From assembly GCA_964270895.1 (NCBI GenBank), contig OZ185436.1: a stretch of DNA of 64,000 bases; one strand, given 5' to 3'. Numbering within the stretch: the first letter of the stretch is position 1; the number at the start of each line of letters is the position of its first letter. Source of the stretch: Podarcis filfolensis. Lineage: Eukaryota. The translations under genes and the position numbers were made by a program. Under the pieces are notes generated by a model. The model ran no database searches, had not been told where the DNA came from, and saw nothing but the letters and a program-made list of their open reading frames with translations. Positions 12,800 through 24,909 of this stretch are shown here, in pieces.

Positions 12800-12960
12800 A
12801 CATATGGTCATTGCCACACTGTGTTATCATCACAACTCTGCGAGTTAAGTTAGGCTGAGGAGAGGGGGCAGGCCAGGTGATTTTGACATCTGAGTGAGGA
12901 TTTGAACCTGGGTCTCCTTGTTCCTAGTCCAGCACTCTAACCACTACACCACACCACATC
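12800..12960 (-). mobile_element. MIR/Ther1-derived SINE (Squam3-like)
   Basis: GGATTTGAACCTGGGTCTCC..AGTCCAGCACTCTAACCACTACACCAC head and CATCACAACTCTGCGAG core. Confidence 0.7.
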
Positions 12961-14914
12961 CCTAGTTCACTGCATCAACCTCAGCTCAGAGAAGTGACTT
13001 AATTCATTTTTGTAAAAAAAAAAATTGCTTTGAGTCAAAGCTCTGCCCCCAAAAGAGCTCTGCCTAGCTCAGAATCTTATATCCAGCACTCTGGTCATTA
13101 GTTAGCTCAAGAAACATGTTCTTCTGGTTTAGGCTATCTCTGTATTTTAATATACAAATGAGTCTGACTAGAGAACAAAAGTTGCCAGTATAAATTCCTC
13201 CAAGGCAGATAGATGCCCATCAGGGTTGCATGGGTTCTTTTGTATAAATACCTGCCCCAATCACACAGCATGGCAGTGGCATCTTAGCAGCGATGCTGAC
13301 AACTGTAAAGCCAATCTGATAGCTAATTATTGAAAAACACAAACAATTGCTTCTCATTTACCTTTTTGTTGTTGTTGTTCTCTTCACCCTCTCCACCTAA
13401 CTTTTCCACCTTCCTTCCAATCCATCCCTTTCTCTTCCTCAGCAATCTTCCCATCCATAGCTCCCACCCGCTTCTCTGCAAAGGCTGCGGCTAATTGATA
13501 GGATAACTGGGCGCAGACGTGATTATGGCGATAATTGGTTGGAGCCAAGCTGGGGAGAAGAGCTCCAGTTTAATTTGGTCAGGGGCTCAGAGCGTTTGGT
13601 GGGGGGGGGGGGAGTGTCCTAATTGAGTTTCTGACAAAGCATCACATTCCCTTCCTGCTGCTGGGGGCGGGAAGACAAGGATGAGCACACTTGTTGTGTG
13701 ATGTACACCAACTTTCTTTTGTCCTAGAAGGGTGTAAGTTCGAGCAAGAACAACAGAGCTGGAAACTCAGCTCTTTACCACTTTGATACCTTGTGATGCA
13801 ACTATAGGTTTGTTTGTTTTTTTGCAGGGGTTGCCAATATTTTGCTCCTCAGATTGTGCTGGACTCTGGCTCCCATCAGCGAATAGGAGGATGGGAGCCA
13901 TAGCACAAAACAAGTCTGGAAGGCCTAATCTATGGCTCAACAGTTTACAGCTGGCACCATTAGTTGCCAGTCTATAAACAAGAGAGCCACTATTTTCCTG
14001 CAGGCCTACTTTTGAGAAACGGGGGTGGGGGATTGACCTGGCATCCTGAAAGTGGCCTGTCCATGAAGCCACTTGCTGTATGGGGGAGCTTGCCCCCCAC
14101 AGTACTCCCGTGCCACATGGCATCATGGATCGTAAGACCCAGGAGCCTTGGCTTCCTTGCCCATTGCCCCTCAGTGCTGGCCCGTCAGTGAACAGAGCTT
14201 TGCCTCCTGATCACCAGGACTGCAGGTGACACATACACATTTCACTCCACTCGCACATGTGAGGCTGAGAGGGTCATTGACTGAAAACTGTAAAGCCAAG
14301 CTGTAAACATTGACTAAGTGCTCCCAGGACCGGTCCCTGCAGGAGCCATGTGGATTAATGAGCATTAATTAGCTCCTGCTTGCCTGTCACCAGGGGATCC
14401 CAACTCACCTTGCAGACAGGGCTGAATGTGCTCAGAGAGGCAGAGCGGAAAAGAGAACCTTTCAGCCGAGGCTCTGAGTTCTTTGCTTTCCTAGCCCCTC
14501 TCCACCCCCCCACTGCTAACCTCCCACAGAGTGGCCTTGGCTTTCAGGACTTCTTAACTCCCTTGCCCCAGCTGCTATCTGTGGTTAGGAATTTGCTCCA
14601 GAGCAATAGGTTCTGTTTCAAGCGTACTATTTGATCTACTCTTAATTACAGTAGCTACCCAGCTTCAACTTGGACTTTTCACTAATTTTGTTGTACAGCA
14701 AGCTTCTGATCATGGCAAGATTGCTGGGAACATACTAAGTGCTAAACGTATTTCTGCAGTTGGTTTCTCCTAACTCCACTATGTCGGGCTGTGACCGAAG
14801 AATAATCTCTAATGCAAACTACCTCAAATGGGTGAGCGCTGCAAGAAATCACAGGCTGCTTTGGCAAGTAATGCTCTCCTTTTTCATTAGGATTATATTT
14901 AGAAGAGGAGGAGA

Positions 14915-14990
14915 AGGAGATGGGACCTTAACTCAGCATGTGCTCCTTTGCATGCAGGTCCCAGGTCCAATCATTGGCATCTCTGGTTAG
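14915..14990 (+). mobile_element. tRNA(Ala)-headed SINE head fragment
   Basis: AACTCAGCATGTGCTCCTTTGCATGCAGGTCCCAGGTCCAATCATTGGCATCTCTGG. Confidence 0.6.
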
Positions 14991-16499
14991 AAGCATCAAG
15001 AAGCTCCTGATATGCAAGCCCTGGGGAGCTGCTGCTGCTACTCAAAAGTGGAGAAGATTGGTCTAGGGCAAGTGTTGGGAACCCTGGACCCTCTAAATGC
15101 TGCTGAGCAACAGCTCCCATCAGTCCCACCAGCAATCATAGCCCATGGCTGTGGATGATGGGAGCTGTAGTTCAGCAACACATAGAGGGCCAAAGTTTCC
15201 CCACACCTGGGATGGTGAATCAACCATCCATCTTGCCATGTCCATCTCCCTGTTTTGAATGAGAGTTTTCAGTCTTGAGGCATGGTCTTAAACTACAGAA
15301 GGATGCCAGACCTTTTCTGATAGAGAAAGTTTTTGGTCTTTGTCATCCTAGCCTTTTGTCTTCAAACAAAACTTGCAAACGTAACTCTGGTTGCATATGT
15401 ATGTTTGTGTGGGAGCGGCATCTTGTGACTAGCGTAAAGTCCTTACCAAAAAGACACAGTGAACTAATGTCCTCCATATCTGAAGTTTGCAAACATATAA
15501 ATTGGGAGGTGAGCCTTGAGGAAGCAATGGTGCTAGCAGTGTAAGAGCTTTGAGCTTCCACATGTGTGCCTCTGACTCCTCCCAGCAACAGGGGAAAGGG
15601 ATGGAAAGCCATGTGCCTGCAGGACTTCATGCTTCCATAGAGTCAAGCCAGTCTAAGACATTGCTCTCACACCACTTCTTCCCATCTCAGTCCTGTGCCA
15701 AGATGTGCTGCCTCTTTCCGTTTCTTCTCCTAAGTGGTTTGCCAGTTGAGCTGACCCTGAGAAAGGCTGCCTTTGGGCACACAACAGAAGCTGCCCCCCC
15801 CATTGAGACTGGGGTTTGAGCAAGCCAAGGTTGTCGTTTCCCTGGTGTAAGGTGCAGATCTTGCAGTGAATATCAGTTTTCTCATCCTTGGGTTAACCTT
15901 TCCAGAGATGGACACTTTCCAAGGCTTGGGTTTTGCAAACTGATTTAGCCTGTTGGGCCACAGTGCCAGACTCTTTGGCTGTATCTGTCACAAAAGGCTG
16001 GAACTCTGTAGATGTGCAGCTATTTTCCAGCTTGCTTGGACTTTGGGTGGATGTCAGAGAGGGCAGTTCTGGGAAGAGTCTGTTGCAATGTGTTCCTGAC
16101 TTTCAATGGGATCCTTTCATTCTTAATAAGTTCACCCCCTTATTGTCAATAATATCATTCACTGCCGAGGCACAAGCAGAAGCAGAGATGTCATCTCTTC
16201 CAGCCCACTCCCCAGTGAAGTAATATTTCAGGGAAGTGATATTCCACAGCGAAAGGAAAGTCTGAGGGCTAATTTGGACGAAGAACATGTTTAATTGGGG
16301 CATAGATGACAGTTACAGCTATATTCTTCTTAATGAAAAGGCAAGGGGAGGGAGATTTCACTTTTCTCTTGCTTACCAAAGAGTTGTGATCTGCTACCAC
16401 ACATCTCCATAATTTCTCAGAAAAGAAGCCTCCTCTTTAAGCTGGCTGTGTATAGATCAAAAACCCCTCGATCTGCTGGCTTAAACCCCCTTTGGTGCT

Positions 16500-16690
16500 T
16501 TGGAAAGCGCCATAGCTCACAGGTCCAGTATCTGCTTTGCATGCAAAAGATCTCTGTTCAGTCTTCAGCACCTCAAGGTAGGGCTTGGGAGGAAAACCTT
16601 CCTGGAATGCCATTACCATACAATGTTGGCAGTACAGAGCTAGACGCACCAATGGTATGACTCTGCATAAGGCAGTTTCCTATGTTCCCT
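16500..16690 (+). mobile_element. tRNA(Ala)-headed SINE with CR1-type tail
   Basis: Head CTGCTTTGCATGCAAAAG; tail ACCAATGGTATGACTCTGCATAAGGCAGTTTCCTATGTTCC. Confidence 0.7.
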
Positions 16691-18284
16691 TGTAAATTGA
16701 GAGAAAAGAATGGGTATCGGCAGAGGCATAGTGTGTGCGGGGCCATTGGCCTGGATGCAAAAAAATTTAGGGGTGCACCACTGCAACTGCCATCCCAGCG
16801 GGAGGTGCTCCCCATCCCACATGCCTCACCTGAGCAGCATGCCAAGCAGCAGCTGGGAGAGGGCGAGCTTTTACATCCCTCGGTCATGCAACATCCCCAA
16901 CCAGTGGGACACGCAGGTAGACAGCAAGCCTTGTGGTGGAGCCCCAGCCCAAGTTGGTGCACATGCAGGTCCTTTCGCTCTTCCGCAGCTCCGTCCAGCA
17001 GTATGGAGTTAGGGGCTGCAATACTTGCCTTAGGGGGCAGAATACTTTCCTTGCCCTGGGTGCTGGCATCCCATGCTACACCACTGGGTCTCAGGAACAG
17101 GGGTATACAGGGGAGAAACAGCTGTGGGTTGTACCTTGGAGGCAGCCCCCAGGTTGCTCAGTGAAAGCAGCTGGGTTAGTTAAATCTTCCCAGTCTGATG
17201 ATGGTTGGAGCGTGTTACGCTTTGCTGTGGTTTACTTTCTCACATATACCAACAATCCACAAACAATTACTTTTAAATTAAATCATACCCTGCTGTTGCC
17301 CCACCGCAAAGGAGTTGCTCAAAGCAGCCTACAAATGCAAACATATTTCGGCCAGACTCATGATACTTTAGCCATGCATTGTTTGGGCAGCTTGTGCAAG
17401 ATGCTGGGTAGGTAATGGCAGAGCTTTCACACACACTTGTGATGCCCAGTGGATTATGTAAGGCTCATGGCTTCCTCCTTCCTAGCCCTAACCCATCCTC
17501 CCCAAGCATGCAGGGCAGCTTTAAATGAAAGTGGCTCCTTCTGTCCACTGCAGAGCTTTCAAACAGTATTGACCTTCTGTTTCACTTTATTGACACGTCA
17601 CTCCTGCTCTTTGGGGGCCAGGTGCTATGCAGGTTAAAGAAGCAACTGCCTCTGGCCCCAAGTCAGCTGGATTATAAAAGAAGGAAGGGGAATGATTTTT
17701 GTGCATGGTTACGGCCAGAGCATGGAACAGAATCACAGATCATTAAAATATGCTGTATGCTCTATGAAGTTTACAAGCAATGCTCTACAACGTGTGCCAA
17801 TGGGCTCTTGGGTCATTTATAGCTACCAGTCGCCTGCCTCACTCCCCAACTGGTTTTCGATGAATCAGAGCACCCAACAACCATCGCCTTTTCATTCTGA
17901 CACAAAGCAGTGAGCAGGAAGTGCATCTCTGGCAAAAGTCATGGTTGGAAAGCCAGTGGCAACAAAGGAAATTCTCATACGTTCTGTGTCATGAAATTCC
18001 TGATAAAAGGGCCTTCGTTAGATTGTGAGCTGCTTCAGCAGAGACCTGCTATTTTTATTTTTGTTTTATAAAGGGTTGGTAGAGTAGGAGGTTTGGTGCT
18101 ACATAAATCATAAATGACCCTAACTCTCCCCCAAGTGAAAACGCTCCGATAGTTACAACAAGCCAGTGCTTGCAGCTTTCCACTACGGAGAGATGTAAAC
18201 AAGGTTTGTAGTTAGGCTTGTCAATCAGTCTGTAGTTGTCTTTACTTGAGCATAAAAAAGGACATTTGTCACAAAGCTAGGAAT

Positions 18285-18285
<1 letters not shown>

Positions 18286-18360
<75 letters not shown>
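18286..18360. repeat. Compound microsatellite (CT)15-(GT)11G-(AG)11
   Basis: Read directly from the sequence. Confidence 0.95.
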
Positions 18361-18361
<1 letters not shown>

Positions 18362-19513
18362 ATGAGAGAATGAATAACACTCTCTCTGCCCCTTTTCATC
18401 ATGTACCCCATAGGCCAGAGTTACAAATCATGTGACTGTGCATTAATGTAGAGCGACACAGAACTGGAAAACAACCTACTGCTGTTGGCAATTGGTACAG
18501 CAGCTCCTGAAGCTAGCTAGCGGGCAAAGAGTTTGAATCTTACCATTGACCTAAATATGCCAGGGCAGTTGTGGTTACAGTGCCTTCAGATATGATGGCA
18601 CCATTCACTAATTAGAGTCTCCTCAACAAGCAACAAAGGAACAAGAACCCAAAGCTCTGGATGTTTCCCCATTGCAACCCCCCACCCCCCCAATAATGAA
18701 TTGGTTATTTAAAAGCAAGAAAGCAACCCTCATTATCATATCTAGAAAATTACCCCCGCTCCCCTGAACCGGCAATTTGCCTGCCATGCGGCTCCGCTCC
18801 GACTTGCCCATTAATTACAGGGATGAAAAATCATTTAGAAGCCAGGAAAGGAAACTAATTGGATCTTCCCCCCAGTAAGAATTAATGAGAGGCAGAGAAG
18901 ATATAACAAGGTGGGATCCAGAATCCATAGTCATTGGAGAGGTTCAAGGTCTGGTTTACCCTGGATTCTTGCCTCCCTCCCATCCTTTTTTTGTGTGCTT
19001 CCTCTCTTACCAGACTTTGGGCTATAATTTTCCTGCCCTTACACTTCTAACAATGATTCCCCCTCCTTCTGTCCTGTGATCTTTACTAGCTGGGTCTCCC
19101 CCCCCCCCATGCATTCTTCATGTATCTACACCTGACACAAGTGTGGTTCTAGTTGTGTTCTCTCTGGAAAACAGTGGAGTGTCTAGGAACCTCAGAAACA
19201 TCTCTGGAAGCCGTTTTATGTAGGAGTCTGGGCTCCTGGTTTAACCCCCCCCCCATGCTAGGAGGAGGGAGTCTGCTCCAGTGGGGTGGAGTGCCACGCT
19301 GTCAGAGTCTTGTGTCTTAATTGTATGCACGTGCGGCTAATCCTGCTCCTCACCCTGCTGAGATGACGCCTTGCATGTAAGGGGCTGCTTGCTCTGGGTA
19401 TCTGGGTCTGTCATTTGTCTGCACTCTCACTACCAGAAGGAAATGGCTCCAGAGAGCCAGGTTATTCCCATTGTCTTCTCAGGGGCTTTGTTAGCCTCGT
19501 CCCCACACAAAAA

Positions 19514-19750
19514 GCCAGTGTAGCATGATGGGTAAAATGCCTGAATGGTGAACTGGCAGGCCCCCCAGTTCAAATCTCACCCCTGCTATTAACTCGGCAG
19601 GGTGCTCTTAGGCAAGCCATTCTCTCTCTCCTGCTCCTGTCAGCCCCGTCTGCAGTAAGTGGATAACTATACTGACCTGCCTTATAGGGCTGGTGCAAGA
19701 TAATGCTCTCTGAAGTCCTTTGAACATTTGAAAGTGCTATATAAAGCATG
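19514..19750 (+). mobile_element. MIR/Ther1 CORE-SINE
   Basis: CAGTGTAGCATGATGGGTAAAATG..GTTCAAATCTCACCCCTGC..TTAGGCAAGCCATT..ACTGACCTGCCTTATAGGGCTGGTG..TTTGAAAGTGCTATATAAA. Confidence 0.7.
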
Positions 19751-21136
19751 TGAAGCACTGTTATTACTATAGGCTAGGCTGGAGATGCATCATCAGACCT
19801 CAGAGCAAAGCAACCTTCATGAGAATGTGACCGGGTGGCATCGGATAACTTTTGCTGCTTTGGAGCCCTGAGACCAAGGCATCACTATGAAAAGGCTGTG
19901 GTTCTGGGCCATGCTGCCCATGGATCTGTGAGCAGGTTTTTCTTTTAGATCAGCCTTCCCCAACGTGGCGCCCTCCACTTGTTTTCAAACTACTGCTTCA
20001 ATCAGCCCCAGATGGCAGGACTATGGGCCATGATGGCTAGGAGTTGTGGGAGTTCTCAAAATTATATTGGAGAAAGTTGGGGAAGTGTGTTTTGGATCTA
20101 AGCAACTCCGAAGCAGCTCAGTTACAATTGGAGGTGCAGTGCCGTGGCTCAGGGTATTGTTGTTAAGGCATTATACCTCTTCGTTTGTCTTAGAGGGAGC
20201 GATTTAAGTTGGCATTGCAGAAGTTCTGCAGCCCTGAGCCAAACTGGGGCCCCCATGGCTGCTTCTAAGTTTCAAACCAAAGGCTCAGTAGGTCTCCCTG
20301 TTCATGGATATCTCATGTGATGCCCAATTTGGCCCGCCAGATGGAGTTGGGATAGGAGATGGTTGCCCAAGATTTGGGCAGGGAACCATTACCTGCAAGG
20401 AGAGCTGCCACCTCTCCCTCTGTTCTGATTGCTGCCCTGTGCCCAGATCAGGTCAATGCATTAGAGGTGGCGTAGCTCCCAGCTGTGTCCTGACCTTCAT
20501 TGACAGGAAAGTGCTGATGAGTGGGAATCTGACACTGGGATCTCGGGGGGACAAGATTCATTTCACAGTCCATGCAGCCAGGCTATCTAATTTCCTTTGC
20601 CCTGTGCATCTCTTAAGTCGCTCCTTGGGGACCACTGGCTCCACGAGCCTGCAAGTCTGGGGTTTTCTGCTACCAGGCACCGTGGCTGGGCCTATGGACA
20701 GGTAAGCCATGGCAGAGAATAATCCAGCTCCTACGAAAAACAGCAGTGACTCAATCACGGAAGAGGCAGTGTGTGTGTGAGAGCACATGTAACGCTATGA
20801 ATAGTGTTCTGATTCAGCTAGACGGACACAGGCCTCCCACATACAAAGGCAGGCAGGCAGGCAGGCATGTGACCATGCTCACAAATTAAAATACACACAG
20901 ACTTTGCGAGCACTTCAGTTAATTTCAAAATGGATGCACTCGCCTGTATTGTTTGTGTCTGATCTGGAGATATTTCTGTGTGAGCATGCTTGCTATTTGG
21001 TTTTCTCTGCTTGGGTGCACGTGTGATGATATCGGTGATGTGGTAATTTGCGCACTTCCCAGCTTACGAGGTGTGTGCGTGTGTATGGGGCGGGGGCAGG
21101 GAATGCAAGCTTCTTTATATGTCTGTTGCTGATCAG

Positions 21137-21372
21137 AACATAGGCAGCGGCCTTATACCAAGTCAGATTCTTGATCCACCTAGCTCACTATTGACTGACT
21201 GGCAGTGGCTCTGTAGGGTTTCAGATATGGAACATTCCCATCCCATCCCTACCTGGAGATGCCAGGGGTTGAACCTAGAACCTTCTGCACTCCAAGCACT
21301 CTACCACTGACCTTCTGCACTCCAAGTACTCTACCACTGCACTCCAATGCTCTACCACTGAGCTGTGGCTCT
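21137..21372 (-). mobile_element. tRNA(Ala)-headed SINE with an internal tandem expansion in the head
   Basis: Near full-length copy; 30+30+21 nt tandem units at 21280-21360. Confidence 0.8.
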
Positions 21373-22084
21373 TTCCCTAAAGGATGAATGTTAGAAGTAG
21401 AACTTGTCAGCCCAAAGGTGTATAAATGTGTGACAAGCTGCATGAAGATGGATACAGGGAAAGAGGCACTTACCAGGTGTGTGGCTGAAGTATATTAGTA
21501 TCATTGGGGGCTGTATGTATAAAAAACAAAGTAGGAGCATAAGAGAATCTTACTTTGTGTCTAGTTGCATACGTGAATGTGCGTGTGAGACATTGAAGCT
21601 GTGCCCAGTGGTCAGGGCATGCATTAATGGAGTCTGAGCAAGGCAAATTTATACTAAGCACACACATATGTGTGCTTTATGAAGCAGCTCATCGACCTGT
21701 GGGTTGCTCTTCCAGCGTGAAACCGTTCCATCATTACAACCTCTGTAAATCTCTTATGATGGCAGCTGACACCTACCCTGTCACATTAGGGTGATCAGAA
21801 GTGTACTACAAGGCCCAAACCAGAAGCCCTGAGTGGGGAGAAAAAGATAATGTGGCAAAGGCCTTGTCTTGGTCTCTGAGGTTGTGTTCATAGCCCCTGC
21901 TTGTGCCCTAGCAGCTATATCTGCCCTGGTTTGGAAAACTAGGACCACCTCTATGGCACGGATTACCACATAGTGTCATTCCAGCAGATGACCACTAAAC
22001 TAGGCAGATTTCTTTCTGCTTGGAATCCAAATCAATCCATTCCAGACCTTTGTAGAATTTGCAACATAGGAAGCTTCGTTGTAC

Positions 22085-22240
22085 CAAACCAGGGCTCTGA
22101 TCCATCTAGGTGGGTCCTGTCCGCATTGACCAGCAGCAACTCTGCAGGGATTGAGGCACAGTATGTTCCCCATCCTACCCAGAGATCAAACCTGGGACCT
22201 TCTGCATGCAGATACTCTACCACTGAGCTACAGTTCTTCC
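22085..22240 (-). mobile_element. tRNA(Ala)-headed SINE
   Basis: AAACCTGGGACCTTCTGCATGCAGATACTCTACCACTGAGCTAC. Confidence 0.7.
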
Positions 22241-23696
22241 CCTTGCTCCTTATCACAGTAATGGTCTAAAGCTCAAAGCAAGGTAAATGTAAGTCCTAGC
22301 CAAAACCCTCTCCCCTTGGGGCTCTTGCCTGGAAGAGCTGTTAGCTGGATGCATCCGTTTTGCCTGCCTGTGGGGTTTGAGGTGGCAAGGAGTGAAGAGT
22401 ATAAACAAAATGCCTCTTCCCTTCTTCTCCAGATACTAGTACTGTTGCCCACTTCAGGAAACATTAGTTGATTAATCACGGATTGACCAGTTAATTTTGC
22501 ATGTGAGTTAAGGAATTGCCCCAAAGCAAGCAAACAAACAAAATGTAAATCCTCGGTGCTTGTTAGACGTATATGTATATGTCGTATCAGGTGTCATTTT
22601 TTTAAAAGAGGCATTCCTTCATGCATTCATGGCTGGTGGGGCAGTGCAGGTGTGGGGCTGTGTTGTTCTCCTGGCTTCTCAACACTGTAAGTCACTGCTG
22701 CTTACCAGGAAGGAGAGGGGCAAGGCAGTGGGTAGCTTGGCCAACACAATAGTCCTGCTGCTGCACTGTCACCATGCTGTGCTCCCCATTGCGTTGTCCT
22801 TCCCATTGTCTTGTCAGCTGCTGCTTCCTTCCTGTATGGGGAACGGGGATGATATATATAAATATATAAATGTGTGTGTGTATGTAGTGTGTATGATGCT
22901 ACTCACCTGCGTGTCTTATAATTACATTCAATTAAAAATAAATGTGTTGGTTGCGTGTGTGTTTTTTATTTAACCCCCCCTCCACTTGCCTGATTAATCA
23001 GGGCATCTTTTTAGTCAATCAAAATAGTTTTAAAGCAATTAAACGCTGCAGACCTATTGCTAGCATGTCATCACCAGCACCTGCCACAGGTAGAGTCATG
23101 GAGAGAGGAAGAGGAAGGGCAACTCCCAGGAAAGACTGGATAACACACAGGAAGGAAGGGCCTGCGCCCAACCAGTTTCCTTTGAGCAGGTGCCGATTCC
23201 CATTTCCTTTCCACAGAAAAACCAAAGAACAGCTTGACACGCCACACAGACAAAAGGAGATCCACATGCAACCTCCCAACTCACCACAAGTGCGTCACTC
23301 ACATGAAGTTGCCTTATAGGGACTTTGGCCACCTGCCCATCTACTTTGTACTCCACAACAGCAATGGCCAGTGCGGTGCGGGCTGATCTGTGGAGCTGTC
23401 CTCCTGACACAGGTGTCTACAGCTTACCTGGATGGGGATGGGGCACGATGGCGGCCACACAATCCGCTGCTCCCATAATTCATGCATGCTGCCCCAGTCC
23501 CGCTCAAATGAGGTGCAGTGACACTGGTCTCGGGAGGGCAGTTCCGCTTCTCTGCCGCACCACACCAGCCCCTACTGCTCCAGGGACGATGTCCTCCAGA
23601 TATTGTTGGACTGCATCTCCTGTGAGCCCCAGCCAACATGGCTAGTGGTCAGGGATGATGGGAGCTGTAGCCCAACCACATTTGCAGGCCACCTTG

Positions 23697-23960
23697 TTGG
23701 CATTCATCTGTCTCAGGAGATGATGGAGGAGTGCACCTTTGACAGTTGAAGTCAAAACAGTTGGAGAATTACAGCACCTGCTGTGGCTGTAGGGACAGAT
23801 ACAGGAGAGACATGTTTTGTTGCAACTGGGGCAGGAGAAGACGTCAGGTTGTGCTGCTGCAGGTGCAGCATGGTGTTTTTTCCTCTCTATGCTCCTCCCA
23901 GGAGGATGGAGGGCATCACACAGGCTGTTTCTGCTCTACTCAGACTGCCAGTAACTCCAC
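23697..23960 (-). mobile_element. RTE-clade LINE 3' end fragment (second subfamily)
   Basis: Reverse complement aligns with 40045-40301 (TTTGACTTCA...CTGAGACAGATGAATGCCAA). Confidence 0.7.
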
Positions 23961-23974
23961 AACACCTTAGGCAG

Positions 23975-24072
23975 AGATCTTCCCCAGCACTGCTACTTGA
24001 GATCGTTCTGGGGGTGAATCAAGAACCTAAGGCACACGAAAAGCCTGTGCTGTGCCACTGAGCTATGGTCTC
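23975..24072 (-). mobile_element. tRNA-headed SINE fragment
   Basis: GAACCTAAGGCAC..GCTGTGCCACTGAGCTATGG. Confidence 0.5.
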
Positions 24073-24871
24073 CAAGCAGTCACACTTAAAAAAATAATCA
24101 TCATGCAACTGTTCAGATTATTTCTGTTCCCTTGTTTCTGAGCCTGCAGAATGACAGTATTCCAGCTTTTCTCCACAGCTAGTGGGGCTTGAACACTAAA
24201 GTACCAGATGACAAAATTATGAGAATTAACACCCCAGTGGGAGTAAGCTTAGTCCTGCTGATAAAATGCCTTTGAATTTGAGAGTGAAGCACTGAAATCT
24301 GTTGCCTTTATTGAGAAGTGAAATTTTATACAAGTGTTTTCAAAGAATGATAGGTTCTATGGGTAAGGTTATATTTGTGCCAGCTATTTTTCAATGCTTA
24401 CTTGTTTTCGCCGACTCCCACACATGCGTGGCGAGAGCCTTAGAGGGTTTTGCACACACTGCGCCGGTGAGGTAGTCTGATTCTAGAAGTATTAAATGAT
24501 GGCACCGATTTGTTGCTTCTTCTTCTTCCAGCGCTTCATTGCTTTCATATGGAACAATTATCTATTGCTCTTTGCTTCCTCTTTCCTACTGTAGGTCTGC
24601 AAATCAGTGGTGTACTTCAAAAGCCTCACTGGGTCTGCGTAAAGGGCAGAATTGTGTGTGCAGCATAATCAGGCAGGTCATTAAAGCAGCTTGACCGGCA
24701 CAGACAATAGCTACTTTTTTCTGTCTAGGAAATTGAGCCAACAACTGTTTTTCAGAAGTCTTCTTTCACCTTTTCCCCAAAACGAGGACATTCCTCTTCT
24801 AGTTTCAGTTGCAGCCCCCATGTATCCAGAGGCTAACTCGATAATACAGATCGGAAATAACAAAGCAGTTT

Positions 24872-24875
<4 letters not shown>

Positions 24876-24906
<31 letters not shown>
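24876..24906. repeat. (TG)n microsatellite, about 15 units
   Basis: Direct. Confidence 0.95.

Positions 24907-24909
<3 letters not shown>

Noticed and set aside
16573-17415. Cluster of 100-160 aa ORFs
   Set aside because: Overlapping in several frames, no homology I recognise and no splice structure; consistent with random ORFs in intronic DNA.
21280-21360. Direct repeats as a CRISPR-like array
   Set aside because: No spacers; a tandem duplication inside a SINE in eukaryotic DNA.
24468-24489. TGAGGTAGT resembling the let-7 5' end
   Set aside because: Only 9 nt match; the rest differs from let-7 and no pre-miRNA hairpin is evident.
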